64,000 bases of DNA from a virus. Its lineage: Duplodnaviria > Caudoviricetes. The first letter of the stretch is position 1, and every line of letters starts with the position of its first letter. Below the pieces are notes generated by a model. It searched no databases. It saw nothing but the letters and a program-made list of their open reading frames with translations, and was not told where the DNA came from. A program made the position numbers and the translations under genes. Positions 53,905 to 63,830 of this stretch are shown piece after piece. The DNA is taken from IMG/VR virus record IMGVR_UViG_3300010351_000300, positions 422 through 64,421 of that record; one strand, written 5' to 3'.

Positions 53905-56186
53905 GTGCGTTTGAGCGGAAAGACTATACAGCTAGGGATTACGATTCGCTCAAGGCGAAACTCATAGCCGACATACAGGTGAAGTACCCGACCTTGAGTC
54001 TGGATTTTGCCACGGCTTCGGTGGAAGCGTTGCAGGCAGACTTTGTGCTGTACCCTGCGGATTCTCTACACTACTACATTGATGCTGCGCTCTCTGAGTG
54101 TTTTCCAGACACAGCCGTCGAGCGGCAGAATCTTGCCTCTCTCGGGAAGCTCAACGGGTATACCTTGACGGGTCGATCGGCGGCATTGGCGCAAGTGACC
54201 TACACTTACACCAAGTTGAATATTGCGGCACCCAACACGGTGACGATCTCGAAGGGGACATCTTTTGCCAGTAAGGATGGTCTGACTTTCACGAACATTC
54301 TTGCGCTGAATCTCATAGCAGCCGGTGGGGATTTCAACTTGTATCAGGGTGTGTTCGCTACGGATTCATTCGCGGCGACTTCCTCTCCCGGTCAGCGGTT
54401 CACATCCACTCGTCGCAAAGTAGCTCAGAATGTGGCAGTTTCTGTTACAGTTGCCGGGACGGAGTGGACACAGGTATCTGCATTGCTGAATCAGGGGACT
54501 GGGCAGTATTACATGGTGCAGTGGAACGGCGACGGCTCCTTCACAATCATCATGGGCGACGGGGTAGATGGAGATATCCCTTCGGGGACCGTGACTCTCG
54601 AATACTTCATTACTGACGGAGCGAGTGGTTGTTTGGACATCGGACGCGTAGCGGGGGATTTCAAGCCTCATGCACAGGTCCGTATCGACTACTCGAATGC
54701 TACGGCGGCAACGGGTGGGGTAGACGAAGCTGCGATTGAGGATATCCGTGCCGCTATTCCCGCGTATGGGGCTGCACAGGCTCGACTCACAGCTCTTCCC
54801 GACTACCAGTCAGCCCTCGAAGCGTATCCGGGAGTGTTATACGCAGCTCTGGAGTACGACCCTGTGCTGCGGCGCTCCATCGCGTACCTGCTTGCTGATG
54901 GGTATGGCAGCCTTTCGGAAGACACATTGGCTGAGATCGACCGATACTTCTTCGAGAAGTACCAACTCGGGAACTCGTTGATCTTCAAGAATGTGGAGCA
55001 CGTTAAGGCTACTGTGGCGTTGGAAGTGGCCCTCGTCAACTCCATGAAGCATGATTTGGCGAGTCGGAAGACATACATTTCGGATATGATCGATCGGTTC
55101 TTTGAGCCTCAGTCGGGCGATACCGTGTACAACCGTGTGGGAAAGCCGGTTCGGCTATCCGATTTCTACGAGATGCTTTCCAACATCGAGGGTGTGGCTC
55201 ATACTACTGTTTCGTGTTTCACTCGGGAACCGCAGATGACGCACAAAACATGGTCGGATGCTACGGGGACAATCTATCTTCCGACGAAGGGGTGGGGGAT
55301 CCGCCCTGCAGTGGGTTTGACCAAGAAGACCCCGACCCAGAATCGGGCATTGGTGCCGGGTGTTGGTGGGTTGCAAGGTACGCAGATTGCTCAGGAGCAG
55401 CGTATCTCTCGTGTGCTGGCATCTACTTCCCGGCTTACGGCTGGGAAGCGGAGTGCTATTACTCGTGTCGCGGGTGGTTCGTATATATCTGACGACTGGC
55501 AGCTTCAGCCCATCATTGTTCCGATAGATCGGCTGAAGATCACCCTATCGAATGCCAACCGCAGGTACGCTTGGGGTTCGTGGTACCAAACTCCTACAGG
55601 AGAGGTGCCTACACCTTTCCAATCTCGTGATGCCGAAACTGGAGTGGCTACAGCCCACTTCGTTGTGACCCACACCATCGACGGTGTGGAGTACCCCGAT
55701 TCGGCTGTCGGGTATGTAGGTAAGGTTTTCGAGGTGGATTCAGGAGCCTTCATGTTCCAGCTTGAAGCCACGTATGTGACCCCGGATGACCCAGTGGCCC
55801 TGACACAGTACCCACTCACTGTGGATACTACCGTCTACACGCTTTGGAAGTACCCCTACCGTCATTTGCGGGCCGGGGGTGTAAAGTGTGATGTCACTAC
55901 TACTTTGACTACATATACTCTGACGGATGATGGGTACGGTGGGTTGCTGTCCGAAGGGGTACAAGTTGGGTATATTGATTACGATACCGGTGATCTGCTT
56001 CTCACTACCAGTAAGTTTCTTGGGGGAGTAACAGCAGTCCGGGCCGTTATCGCGTATTACTTGTTCCCGAATCGTGCCGGGGAAGTTGCTGAAATCATCT
56101 TGTCTCCGTATGTCGGGGATATCCCGGTGGGCAAACAGGAGTTCTGTACTCTATCGGATGTGACGCTAGAGGTCACCTATGAGTAG
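53901..56186 (+). CDS. baseplate wedge protein (gp6/baseplate J-like)
   Basis: DYTARDYDSLK..L, TAVERQNL....KL.GY, FGDG-like MGDGVDG.IP, ATGG.DE..IE.IR..IP, RLT..DY. Confidence 0.88.
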   Translation: MSAFERKDYTARDYDSLKAKLIADIQVKYPTLSLDFATASVEALQADFVLYPADSLHYYIDAALSECFPDTAVERQNLASLGKLNGYTLTGRSAALAQVTYTYTKLNIAAPNTVTISKGTSFASKDGLTFTNILALNLIAAGGDFNLYQGVFATDSFAATSSPGQRFTSTRRKVAQNVAVSVTVAGTEWTQVSALLNQGTGQYYMVQWNGDGSFTIIMGDGVDGDIPSGTVTLEYFITDGASGCLDIGRVAGDFKPHAQVRIDYSNATAATGGVDEAAIEDIRAAIPAYGAAQARLTALPDYQSALEAYPGVLYAALEYDPVLRRSIAYLLADGYGSLSEDTLAEIDRYFFEKYQLGNSLIFKNVEHVKATVALEVALVNSMKHDLASRKTYISDMIDRFFEPQSGDTVYNRVGKPVRLSDFYEMLSNIEGVAHTTVSCFTREPQMTHKTWSDATGTIYLPTKGWGIRPAVGLTKKTPTQNRALVPGVGGLQGTQIAQEQRISRVLASTSRLTAGKRSAITRVAGGSYISDDWQLQPIIVPIDRLKITLSNANRRYAWGSWYQTPTGEVPTPFQSRDAETGVATAHFVVTHTIDGVEYPDSAVGYVGKVFEVDSGAFMFQLEATYVTPDDPVALTQYPLTVDTTVYTLWKYPYRHLRAGGVKCDVTTTLTTYTLTDDGYGGLLSEGVQVGYIDYDTGDLLLTTSKFLGGVTAVRAVIAYYLFPNRAGEVAEIILSPYVGDIPVGKQEFCTLSDVTLEVTYE

Positions 56187-57510
56187 CATTACCAAGAAGT
56201 TTGACTACCTAACAGCGGAGCGCAATCTCGACGGGACAATCAATCTTACCGTGTCCTTCGTTGATAGTGGCGGGTTGTACGACGCGTATGTCATTCGCCG
56301 CAAGGAGATCGAGTTTCCCACCTCGGAAACGAATGGGTGGGGGATTGACTCCGGGGCAGTAGCAGGGGGATTGACACTTACTCTTCTTGATGACGAGGGT
56401 ATTGTTGACGGTGTGGTCTACTATTACACACTGTTCTTGCGTCTTGCGGTCGGGGGTACGTACATCATTGCCGGACAAGCCTACTGTATGGGGTTAGTCC
56501 CGGAGTTCACATCGGTATCAGATGATATTGTACCTGATGCTTTACAGGGCGAGAGTACGATCACAGCTCGGGATACAGTTGGGTTTTTCAAGACCGCACT
56601 CCTCGATCCAGTCTTCGGTGAGATCGAAGCATTGATCCGCAACATGGTCCCGGATGTGGATCGGTGTGATCCCCATGTTCTTTCCTTTCTCGTGCGTATG
56701 TTGGGCTGGTGGCCCTCTCCGGTTATGGAGTTGGGGGCGTTCAGGACGCAGGTGAAGAGTCTCCCCACACGTTTTCGTAACAAAGGGCAGATCGGGGTAT
56801 CACTGGACCTCCTCGAAGAGGTTTCCGGTGTCACTTGTGGGTTGCATACCTACGATAACAACATCCTGATTTCAAACACCATCGACAACCAGCGGATTTT
56901 GGAAAAGACCATCTTTGGTGTTGGAGACGGGGTTACCGATACTTTCACCTTTTCTGGCACTTACCCGATTGTTCGGGGAACCGTGGTGGTCACCAGTAAT
57001 GGGGTAGACCTTACTGATGACTGTTCGGGGGTACTCCGTACTGCTACGGGGGTTGCCGCCGGGACAATCGACTACGACAACGGTGATCTTTCGGCTGTAT
57101 TTCCCGCTGGGAGCATCCCACCGAACGGGATCCCTGTTTGGGTGGACATGTATATTCAGTGTAGTGTCTTTTCTCTCACGGACCCGGAGCTGCATACTCG
57201 GATGGAGTACATCGGGGATCGCATGATGTATTCGCTTTCACACAATCCAGAACATGCGCAGACTGGCTCACGGTGCAATGTCTATCTATTTCTCCATCTT
57301 GAAGTAGGGGAGGAAGGAATCGTTAGCTTTTCGGACTCCTATGATAAACTCATAGTAGATGATGTCGAGCGTAAGACTCGGGTATTCTGGCCGCTAGGAC
57401 TGGACACCCGCTGGCACTTGATGGATCGTGTCGTAATCTCCGACATCCACGATATAGCTGCGGCGCATCTGCCGCTCGAACAGGAAGCGGGGGTATTTGA
57501 TGGGAGCTGA
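56179..57510 (+). CDS. baseplate wedge protein (gp7/P2 gpI-like)
   Basis: DVDRCD..VL.FL..MLGW, .R..VK.L...FRNKG...L..L. Confidence 0.7.
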   Translation: MSSITKKFDYLTAERNLDGTINLTVSFVDSGGLYDAYVIRRKEIEFPTSETNGWGIDSGAVAGGLTLTLLDDEGIVDGVVYYYTLFLRLAVGGTYIIAGQAYCMGLVPEFTSVSDDIVPDALQGESTITARDTVGFFKTALLDPVFGEIEALIRNMVPDVDRCDPHVLSFLVRMLGWWPSPVMELGAFRTQVKSLPTRFRNKGQIGVSLDLLEEVSGVTCGLHTYDNNILISNTIDNQRILEKTIFGVGDGVTDTFTFSGTYPIVRGTVVVTSNGVDLTDDCSGVLRTATGVAAGTIDYDNGDLSAVFPAGSIPPNGIPVWVDMYIQCSVFSLTDPELHTRMEYIGDRMMYSLSHNPEHAQTGSRCNVYLFLHLEVGEEGIVSFSDSYDKLIVDDVERKTRVFWPLGLDTRWHLMDRVVISDIHDIAAAHLPLEQEAGVFDGS

Positions 57511-57952
57511 GATCAGGGATTGGTATCGTGGTTCACTTTATCGGGGTGACTCACTCCTTGTTCGAGGTGTGTGGACAACGGGATCGACCCCGAGTATAAC
57601 GCTCACACCGGGTGTGGGTAAGGTTGCTCGGGTGACAGACCTTATCATCACGATGTCTGATGATCTGGACATCTCTCCGAATACGCTTGACCTGTCGGAT
57701 TGGGGTGGTGCTGCCGTTTCACTGGCGTCGATTCTGGAGGTGACAGCGGTTTCCACCGAAAGCGAAGGTCGCATCATTGATGGGAACAACTATCACTGGT
57801 GCAAAATTCATTTTCATCCGTTCCTTGTTTTGGTGCAGGCAGACGGAGATACGTTTACGGTGTCAAATTCTGGTGGGGAGACTGCAGCGATGCCTAACGG
57901 GTCTCTGTACATCACAATCGTCGGCCATGAAGTGGCCGCTGCGGATGATTAG
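57497..57952 (+). CDS. hypothetical beta-sandwich virion protein
   Basis: 151-aa ORF coupled to the previous gene. Confidence 0.55.
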   Translation: MMGAEIRDWYRGSLYRGDSLLVRGVWTTGSTPSITLTPGVGKVARVTDLIITMSDDLDISPNTLDLSDWGGAAVSLASILEVTAVSTESEGRIIDGNNYHWCKIHFHPFLVLVQADGDTFTVSNSGGETAAMPNGSLYITIVGHEVAAADD

Positions 57953-57960
57953 GGGGCGAT

Positions 57961-58380
57961 ATGGCAGCTAAAGGAACGCCAGAACAGCATCTTTACGGAT
58001 CACCTGTCTATGCGGGTCGTCCAGTGGATGAGATTGCTATTGAGGTAGTGATTGCAGCAGGGGAGTCGGTATCGGAGACATTCGACTTCTACAACTTCAA
58101 GACCTTGAGCTTGGAGATCCCTGCGACTTTCACTGGTGACACGATTACCTTCCTCGGGTCCATGGAGTACACGGAGGATGCTACGCACATGCTGGACTGC
58201 TACAACGGTAACAAAGGGGAGATCAATATCAAAGTGGTTCCCGGTTCCATTTGCAATCCTGAAGACGGCCAGCTTTACGGCCTGAAGAATATGCGGTACC
58301 TAAAGCTACGTTCTGGCACTTCTGGGACACCTGTTCCACAAGCGGCTGCAGCCACCATCCGTATTTCACGGTTGGGTTAG
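57961..58380 (+). CDS. hypothetical jelly-roll-like virion protein
   Basis: IAAGES.S..., L.IPA.FTG..ITF.GS, YLKLRSGTS.TPV.Q, a pattern seen in small phage structural proteins. Confidence 0.6.
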   Translation: MAAKGTPEQHLYGSPVYAGRPVDEIAIEVVIAAGESVSETFDFYNFKTLSLEIPATFTGDTITFLGSMEYTEDATHMLDCYNGNKGEINIKVVPGSICNPEDGQLYGLKNMRYLKLRSGTSGTPVPQAAAATIRISRLG

Positions 58381-58384
58381 GAGG

Positions 58385-59014
58385 ATGAAAATGTCGCGTG
58401 GGTTGATGTTGATTGCACTCGTCATGTTTGTGTTCGGTTGGTTTTCGAGTTTAGGTGCTGCCGACAATACCGGGTTGCCTCTGTACGATACGGATCGAAA
58501 CCCAGTCACTACTGGCGTATATCTTGGGGATTCGTTGCCGGGGATTCGGTGGATACAAGTTGACTCTACAGGTGTCCCTATTGTAGCGATCTCTGGGGGA
58601 GCCATCTCGATTGATTCCATGCCCTCGATGACTGTGGCTGTAGACTCGATCGTTTACGTCACGTCGATAGGAAGCATAGTCTCTACAGTTACCACACAGG
58701 AAGAACGTCTATACCCATACTTCATGAGTGGGATCGTGGACTCTACCATGGTAGATTCACTCTATTCCTTCTACTTCCCTACTGTGTCATTCTGGCTCCG
58801 AAATGCATCATCAGCAGACACTTTGTATGCTTCGTGGTGGGGTCCATCATTCCCCAGCAGTTACATCACGATTCCGCCGTTGTCTTCCCTCGGATTGGAG
58901 CACATTGCCCGGCCCGACTCTCTGAATGGGCTGTACTTGGACTCTTCCGTGGATAGCCTGCCGTGGGAGCTGATTGTGCTTTCCGACTCTCTATTCGTTC
59001 CTGTTGTGCCGTAG
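58385..59014 (+). CDS. secreted protein (Sec signal peptide)
   Basis: MKMSRGLMLIALVMFVFGWFSSLGA|AD, with many xDS[LIMT] motifs. Confidence 0.7.
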   Translation: MKMSRGLMLIALVMFVFGWFSSLGAADNTGLPLYDTDRNPVTTGVYLGDSLPGIRWIQVDSTGVPIVAISGGAISIDSMPSMTVAVDSIVYVTSIGSIVSTVTTQEERLYPYFMSGIVDSTMVDSLYSFYFPTVSFWLRNASSADTLYASWWGPSFPSSYITIPPLSSLGLEHIARPDSLNGLYLDSSVDSLPWELIVLSDSLFVPVVP

Positions 59015-59021
59015 GGGGTGA

Positions 59022-59942
59022 ATGATGAAGAGAATTCTTACCGGTTTGCTTCTCATCTTCACTTCTCTGTTCATGACAGGAATGTCCGGCTGGACACCCG
59101 CCCCATCAACCGGCGGGGAAACACCTGAGATTCCAGACTCTCTGGGAACAGTTAAGATCGTTGCTGACACCTTGAATTGGACAGAGGCGTTCGGGGGGAC
59201 CACGACCCTCAGTGGTGGGGTCTGCCTTGTGTACTACCCGGACTCGTCCTACGAGTACCAGCCCTTCAACGGGGGGTCGTCCTATCAGTGCCCCGGACTC
59301 TCGCATATCTACTCCAATGTCTACGTGAGTTCAGGCTTCAAACTGACGCAAGTGACCATACGTCTGAACCTGAGTGCTGCACGAACCTTCAACTTCCGAG
59401 TGTATGGTACTGAGAATTTGGGTGGAGGAGCGGCGCTGTTTGATTCTACTGTTTCGTTGGATGGGGCAGCTTACGACCAAGAAATTACATGGTACCCGGA
59501 CTCGCTAGAAGTCTACAACGACAGCATCTCAGTCGAGATTGAGGACGAGTGGGGGCAGACATTCTCGCTGCCATACGATTCCGCAGCAACCCCGATATCG
59601 AGGACATACGCGAAGGACTTCGAGGGAACCTTCTCCCCCATAGAGAGCATCGATCCATCTCTCTACATCAGCGGTATCGAGACTTCTCCGGCCACAGTTC
59701 CTGTCGAGGTGGGCTACATTGGTCGAGTGATGGGGGGCTTCTTCGATCTCGGTGTGTACATACCGAATCTGCAATCTGATACCCTGTCCGTTGGCGTTTT
59801 CCAGCCAGCGAACATCGTGAACGACGGGGGTAGTATGTGTTCGGAGGGAATCTCCGTACTAACCGATACCTGCTTCACTTCTTCGGGTGATATGTTTGTT
59901 GTGATCAACGGTTTGATTACTGAGTTTACGCCAACGCCATAA
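59022..59942 (+). CDS. secreted protein (Sec signal peptide), beta-rich
   Basis: MMKRILTGLLLIFTSLFMTGMSG|W, jelly-roll-like body. Confidence 0.7.
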   Translation: MMKRILTGLLLIFTSLFMTGMSGWTPAPSTGGETPEIPDSLGTVKIVADTLNWTEAFGGTTTLSGGVCLVYYPDSSYEYQPFNGGSSYQCPGLSHIYSNVYVSSGFKLTQVTIRLNLSAARTFNFRVYGTENLGGGAALFDSTVSLDGAAYDQEITWYPDSLEVYNDSISVEIEDEWGQTFSLPYDSAATPISRTYAKDFEGTFSPIESIDPSLYISGIETSPATVPVEVGYIGRVMGGFFDLGVYIPNLQSDTLSVGVFQPANIVNDGGSMCSEGISVLTDTCFTSSGDMFVVINGLITEFTPTP

Positions 59943-59953
59943 AGGGGTTGTAG

Positions 59954-60247
59954 ATGTCAAAGTGGCTTTGTTTGTTGATGTGCGGCGCAGCCTTGGTGTG
60001 GGCTGCACCTCAAAACAACTCAATCCAGCAGCAGAGTTCATGGAATGGCTGGGGTGGGCTTGTTGACTGGAGCTTCCGAAGCCTACGTATAGGATTGGCT
60101 CTACAAGACTCTCTCCTTGAAGATGGATGGCTGCTCGCAGACAGTATTCTAGTGACTTACTTGGAAGCCGACTCACTGCACGTAGAACAGTACGGGTCTG
60201 TCACGTTCAGGGCAGTCACTGACAGGATATGGGGAGTGTGGGAATGA
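59954..60247 (+). CDS. small secreted protein
   Basis: MSKWLCLLMCGAALVWA|AP. Confidence 0.6.
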   Translation: MSKWLCLLMCGAALVWAAPQNNSIQQQSSWNGWGGLVDWSFRSLRIGLALQDSLLEDGWLLADSILVTYLEADSLHVEQYGSVTFRAVTDRIWGVWE

Positions 60248-60510
60248 AAAAGGTTCTATATACTCTTCTTTTCCTAACTTCTGCAGCTATGGCTCTTACT
60301 ATAGTAGAGCTTACAGCTTCTCATACCGGCCCTCAACCCTATCCTCAGATATGGCAGGGACAGGTTGATGATACGGTGATGGTTGCGATTCCGGACTCTG
60401 TGACCAAGATTTTCATGATGGGTAACGAGGTTCAAGTTTGTGTCGTTGGGGACTCGATAATGTGGGTGTGGTCAGCATCGAAACGTACTGTCCATATCGG
60501 GGCAGAATGA
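60244..60510 (+). CDS. small secreted protein
   Basis: MKKVLYTLLFLTSAAMA|LT. Confidence 0.65.
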   Translation: MKKVLYTLLFLTSAAMALTIVELTASHTGPQPYPQIWQGQVDDTVMVAIPDSVTKIFMMGNEVQVCVVGDSIMWVWSASKRTVHIGAE

Positions 60511-60614
60511 TTGATGCTGGTGTGCTTGTCAAGATACACTTCAACAGATAGAGAGGTAGGCTCCGTGTAGCCTAGTAGGTTTCAACCATGAATACCAGAG
60601 AGGTGTGTACAAAC

Positions 60615-61025
60615 GTGAAGGGGCTAACAGTAACTCTGACTCTCTTATTGCTGTTGGGTGTATTCATGGTCCCTGTGGCTTTTGCTCAGTCGGAGCAACC
60701 GGGGGCAAATTCGGCGCTTGCTGTGTCACCGGGGATGTCTATCACTATTTCGTTAGTGACTCTCGTGAACATCTTGTTGACTGCTGTGAGTGTGGGGATG
60801 TGGATTCAGTCGCAGAAGGAGCACAACAAGGCTCTGAAGAAGTTGTTTGATCTATCAGATGCACACGGAGACCGGCTGCTTGCTTTGGAGATGGATGCTG
60901 TAGGGAGAAAGCCTCTTGAACAGTGTACGCAGCGGTTTCATGCTATCGAGGAGGTTCAAAAGGATTGTCTGTTTCCGAAACTCGATCCGAGTGAGTTTGT
61001 GCGTAAACCTAGCTCCGGTCGGTAG
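60615..61025 (+). CDS. signal-peptide plus transmembrane protein
   Basis: GTG start after AGAGAGGT. MKGLTVTLTLLLLLGVFMVPVAFA|QS, second TM segment ITISLVTLVNILLTAVSVGMW, cytoplasmic coil. Confidence 0.65.
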   Translation: MKGLTVTLTLLLLLGVFMVPVAFAQSEQPGANSALAVSPGMSITISLVTLVNILLTAVSVGMWIQSQKEHNKALKKLFDLSDAHGDRLLALEMDAVGRKPLEQCTQRFHAIEEVQKDCLFPKLDPSEFVRKPSSGR

Positions 61026-61097
61026 TGTCTGATGCTATACTTCTATGCCGGGTGCGTTGGTCATGTGAGTGGGGTATCCCACTAAGAAGGGGGAGAC

Positions 61098-61679
61098 ATG
61101 CGTAGGTTTCTAGGGTTGATGTTGTTGGTTATGGCTGTGTCTGGAATTGCTCTGGCACAGGAGGGGCGTTCGTTCGAGGGTGTTACAAAGGTTGACACCA
61201 TCATAGGGCACCTCGGGATTTTCGACTCTCTGCGTGGAATATACTCCAAGTGGGAGATCGCTACATCTGGGGACACAGTTGAGGTTTCGGTTCCGGGTCT
61301 GTTGGAGGTTGATGCTGGTGATGGTCTGATTCTCACTGGCCCGCTGAGTCTGGACACTCTGACGGTTAGCAATTGGGTCGATGCAACACTCGGTCTCTTC
61401 GGTAGTGTACAGGTGGATACCACGATCTCTACAGACTCTCTGTATGCTCGGGATGCTTTGATTACGGATATCAGGGCAGATTTGTGCAGTGTAGATAGCC
61501 TGATCACTTCCCTGTTTATGGATGTAGGCAGCTCTCTCACTACGGTGAACCTGACTGCTACTGGTACTGTTGATCTCGGTGGTGCCACGGATACGCTGAC
61601 TTGGATTTGCTTGAGTCCTGCGGATACGGTTCGTGCTATCATCATCGACGGTTCCATCCGTCTCATTGATCTGCCGTAA
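61098..61679 (+). CDS. secreted protein with beta-strand repeats
   Basis: MRRFLGLMLLVMAVSGIALA|QE, with repeated xDT/xDSL strands. Confidence 0.7.
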   Translation: MRRFLGLMLLVMAVSGIALAQEGRSFEGVTKVDTIIGHLGIFDSLRGIYSKWEIATSGDTVEVSVPGLLEVDAGDGLILTGPLSLDTLTVSNWVDATLGLFGSVQVDTTISTDSLYARDALITDIRADLCSVDSLITSLFMDVGSSLTTVNLTATGTVDLGGATDTLTWICLSPADTVRAIIIDGSIRLIDLP

Positions 61680-61694
61680 GTAGTGTCGGATACG

Positions 61695-61732
61695 GGGGGG
61701 TGCTCAGGCACCCCCCAACCCTTCGGGGGTTG
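61695..61732 (+). terminator. double hairpin (terminator or translational control element)
   Basis: GGGGGGTGC-TCAG-GCACCCCCC, immediately followed by CAACCC-TTCG-GGGGTTG. Confidence 0.5.
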
Positions 61733-62206
61733 TACTTGGATTACTCACATTCCTTTTGTTCTGTGGGGGCTTCACAGTTTCTAGCGTGGATGTACGGAGG
61801 CCGTGACATGCACGACCTCTCACCATATCTTGCTCTTGGTGTCGGGGACGAAGCGTGGGATACGACACCCGTTCCTGTTTCTACAGATGCCACTGCACTG
61901 ACGAGTGAGTTCTATCGAGTCCCCCCCAAGCATTGGATGTCTTTGGATACTACGTTGTACGATTTAGGCAAGATTCTCTATTCAGCTACGGATACGGAAG
62001 TCTATCGTTTTGTCGGAGAGTTTGATGGCCGGGTTCTTACCCTCTACAAGGAGAGTGGTATCTACATCCGAGAATATGGCCTGTTTGTCAATGCTTCCTC
62101 GGATCCGAATTCGGGTTTGTTAGTGGCCGTCGTTAGACATTCCCGGTGGTGGTGGAGTGCCAATATGTTCCTGCGGCGTGAGATGATTCTCGACGTTCGG
62201 GGTTAG
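61700..62206 (+). CDS. baseplate/tail-fibre attachment protein (gp8-like or P2 gpH N-terminal-like)
   Basis: YLALGVGD..W....P.....AL..EFYR, IREYGLF.NA. Confidence 0.65.
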   Translation: MLRHPPTLRGLYLDYSHSFCSVGASQFLAWMYGGRDMHDLSPYLALGVGDEAWDTTPVPVSTDATALTSEFYRVPPKHWMSLDTTLYDLGKILYSATDTEVYRFVGEFDGRVLTLYKESGIYIREYGLFVNASSDPNSGLLVAVVRHSRWWWSANMFLRREMILDVRG

Positions 62207-62218
62207 AAGGGCGGAAAT

Positions 62219-63820
62219 ATGGCTGATGTCTCTGCATCGCTTTTCAATAAGGCCAAGAACTTCATTTGTGGCATTTTCCAGCAGGGGAAAGCACCCATCG
62301 ATTCGGATATCAACGATTCGCGTCAGTCGCTTTTCAGTCACATCGAGGATTTGGGGCGCGTGGTTGGTGTGGAAGGATGCATTGGCACCGGGTGGCAGGT
62401 CATTGCTTGGCCCTCAATCCCGGCTAACAACTTCGGGCTGACTGCCGGGTATGCTTGGCATCAGGGGCTGCGTTGCTATCTCGCAGAGACTTCAGGGCGA
62501 AGGCCGGATACTGGTACGGTCTCGAACTTGAATCTTTCATCTGTAATTTCGTCCGTACAGGCGTTGGTGTTGGCTGATTTGCGGGCGAACTTCACCATTG
62601 ACGAACATATAGGCAAGACTTTGGCTGTCTGGAGAAAGACAGGTGGCCCGGTCTTGACCTACACGATTACCACGAATCAGGCTACGACTATCACAGTCTC
62701 TCCCGGTGACGACATGCTTAGTGACGGGATTTCCGAACTCGACCACTACTGCATTCTCCCCAGCACGCCCGCTGGATCAGACCGAACTGATCTCGTGGTG
62801 TTGAATGTGTACACGGACGAGGTTTCTTCGACGGAAGACGAGTCGATTGCCCATACTATCGGTGGGGTGTACGAAGGAGAGCGTCGGCTAAAGATCAGGA
62901 CCGTCGTTGAGGTCGTTGAGGGGGTTGATCCTGCGGCACCGTTGTCCAGTTTGCCTGCCGATTATGTGGATATGCTGGGCAACAGTCACTCGTATCTGGC
63001 GTTGGCGACGATTGCTCGTTTCGTTGGGGTTACTACAATTTACACAGCTAACATCACTGATCTTCGCACCCCGTTCTATGCTCTGAATCAGTACCTCCCA
63101 CTTGCGGGGGGTACGATGCTTGGTGACATCGATATGAAGGCACAAACGATTACAGGAGATGCCGCTGAGATAGACTTCGATGCCGGGGATGTAGTGGTGG
63201 ACAACGATGTTGTGGCAGCACAGCATGTGGTTGTGGACAGTGATGGAAATGAAATCGTTTATCTTGACTGTTTGAACTCCACAAGTTTCCCTCCCGTACC
63301 AGTTGCGCAGATCCGATCTCGTGCTGATGACGAGTTGGCACGTATCCAAGCCAAGTATCCTAAAGACTCTGATGACCTTACAACGAAAGAGTATGTAGAC
63401 GAAAATATCAATTCGCATACGCACTCTCAGTACCTGACCCGTGACTCCATCAACATGAATTCGATCTCGAACCTCACGGATTTGTGCGAGCTGGCTTACG
63501 GGGCAGGGCATACCTATCTGGCGACCACCGAATATGTAGATTGGGCACATGGATTGGCAAACCCATTTCTGCGTGTTCAGGTACAGTACAGTCCGACAGG
63601 TGGGACATTCCCCGATATGTGGGTAGACGCGACGGGCGTGCTGGACTGGGCCATCGTGGACGAGGACACGATCCGTATCTTCAACGGGAGTGCCACAACG
63701 ATTGCCGGAAGTCGGATTCGTGTGTGTGCGATGTTGGTTGACTTCCAGTTGGATTCCTATCTCGAAGACACTCTGATTAGTGGACTGTTTACCGAGAAGA
63801 TAACGGTTTCTGTTTCGTAG
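62219..63820 (+). CDS. tail fibre / baseplate-associated protein (DUF6519-like N-terminus)
   Basis: FQQGK.PIDSDIND, RTDLV.L.VY..EV...ED..I, LATI.R, YLPLAGGTM.GDIDM fibre motif. Confidence 0.7.
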   Translation: MADVSASLFNKAKNFICGIFQQGKAPIDSDINDSRQSLFSHIEDLGRVVGVEGCIGTGWQVIAWPSIPANNFGLTAGYAWHQGLRCYLAETSGRRPDTGTVSNLNLSSVISSVQALVLADLRANFTIDEHIGKTLAVWRKTGGPVLTYTITTNQATTITVSPGDDMLSDGISELDHYCILPSTPAGSDRTDLVVLNVYTDEVSSTEDESIAHTIGGVYEGERRLKIRTVVEVVEGVDPAAPLSSLPADYVDMLGNSHSYLALATIARFVGVTTIYTANITDLRTPFYALNQYLPLAGGTMLGDIDMKAQTITGDAAEIDFDAGDVVVDNDVVAAQHVVVDSDGNEIVYLDCLNSTSFPPVPVAQIRSRADDELARIQAKYPKDSDDLTTKEYVDENINSHTHSQYLTRDSINMNSISNLTDLCELAYGAGHTYLATTEYVDWAHGLANPFLRVQVQYSPTGGTFPDMWVDATGVLDWAIVDEDTIRIFNGSATTIAGSRIRVCAMLVDFQLDSYLEDTLISGLFTEKITVSVS

Positions 63821-63830
63821 GGGGTTGAAC

